Source: Candidatus Zixiibacteriota bacterium | GTDB taxonomy: Bacteria > Zixibacteria > MSB-5A5 > WJJR01 | Reading direction: 5' to 3' | Length of the DNA: 15,663 nt | NCBI GenBank assembly: GCA_036170655.1 | Contig: JAVHPP010000054.1 | Location: 1-15,663 of the forward strand | Shown: piece by piece, positions 15,096-15,663 of the stretch | Layout: each line of letters opens with the position of its first letter | Position numbering within the stretch: the stretch's first letter is position 1 | Position numbers and translations under genes: made by a program | The notes under the pieces: generated by a model | What the model was told of the DNA's origin: nothing | What the model saw: only the letters and a program-made list of their open reading frames with translations | Databases searched by the model: none

Positions 15096-15663
15096 ATGGA
15101 TGTGTACCTTGGCATTGATATCGGCGCCACCTTCGTGAAGCATGGCGTGATTGACCGCGAAGGGCATATTCTCTTTGCCGACCGTGTCCCCACGCGCGGC
15201 GACGCGGGCCGGAACGCGTCGCTCGATGGAATTTCCGCCTGTGCGCGCCATCTGGCCGAATGGTGCCGTCACGCGAATCACGAGGCCATCTTCGTGGGTA
15301 TTGGGTCTCCGGGCACGATCAACCCGCAGACGCATGTGGTGCAGCCGCCGACACCGAACCTGACGGCGATTATCGGTGTCGATCTGGCTGGTTTGGTGAG
15401 GCAACAGACAGGTCTGCCGACCGCCATCGAAAACGATGCCAACTGTGCGGCGTGGGCCGAACATCGCTTCGGGGCGGGACGCGGGATCAACAATCTCATC
15501 TGCATCACTGTGGGCTCAGGGATCGGCAGCGGATTGATACTCGACGGACAGATATTCAGCGGTCCATCCGGTTCGGGCGGCGAACTGGGGCACGTGACGA
15601 TCGACTGGCAAGGCCCGCTGTGTCCTTGTGGCAATCGCGGGTGCCTCGAGAACTACACGTCGG
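15096..15663 (+). CDS. ROK-family sugar kinase (glucokinase-like), 3'-truncated by the window edge; absent from the ORF track
   Basis: Manually translated: MDVYLGIDIGATFVKHG...VGIGSPG...PNL...IENDANCAAWAEHRFGAG...ITVGSGIGSGLILDG...GGELGH...CPCGNRGCLE. Open to the window end; GGGAG at 15082-15086; no N-terminal HTH. In-frame starts also at 15087 and 15093. Confidence 0.93.
   Translation, partial: MDVYLGIDIGATFVKHGVIDREGHILFADRVPTRGDAGRNASLDGISACARHLAEWCRHANHEAIFVGIGSPGTINPQTHVVQPPTPNLTAIIGVDLAGLVRQQTGLPTAIENDANCAAWAEHRFGAGRGINNLICITVGSGIGSGLILDGQIFSGPSGSGGELGHVTIDWQGPLCPCGNRGCLENYTS

Overview
GC-rich bacterial chromosomal window centred on a divergent redox locus; no mobile-element genes, CRISPR array or RNA gene were recognised. 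Minus strand, right to left: a canonical two-subunit NfnAB/SudBA-type flavin electron-bifurcating oxidoreductase (nfnA 9715-10560, nfnB 8222-9718); a cytochrome c maturation cluster ccmABCDE with a CxxxY-type CcmE, a 36-aa CcmD missed by the ORF track, and no ccmF/G/H before an intrinsic terminator; then two soluble GAF histidine kinases and a sigma-54-dependent NtrC-family response regulator. Plus strand, across a 731-bp structured intergenic region: a ~1258-aa single-chain protein with an unassigned ~300-aa N-terminus, an NfnB/GltD-like module and an NfnA/PyrK-like module, followed by a ROK-family kinase running off the window. Two copies of a REPIN-like inverted repeat (1-69, 10909-10979) and a second REP-like unit (6702-6747) lie in intergenic DNA. 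The most notable observation is the head-to-head pairing of a canonical nfnAB with a fused, reverse-order, divergent Nfn-like protein. All assignments come from motif reading; no database searches were run.
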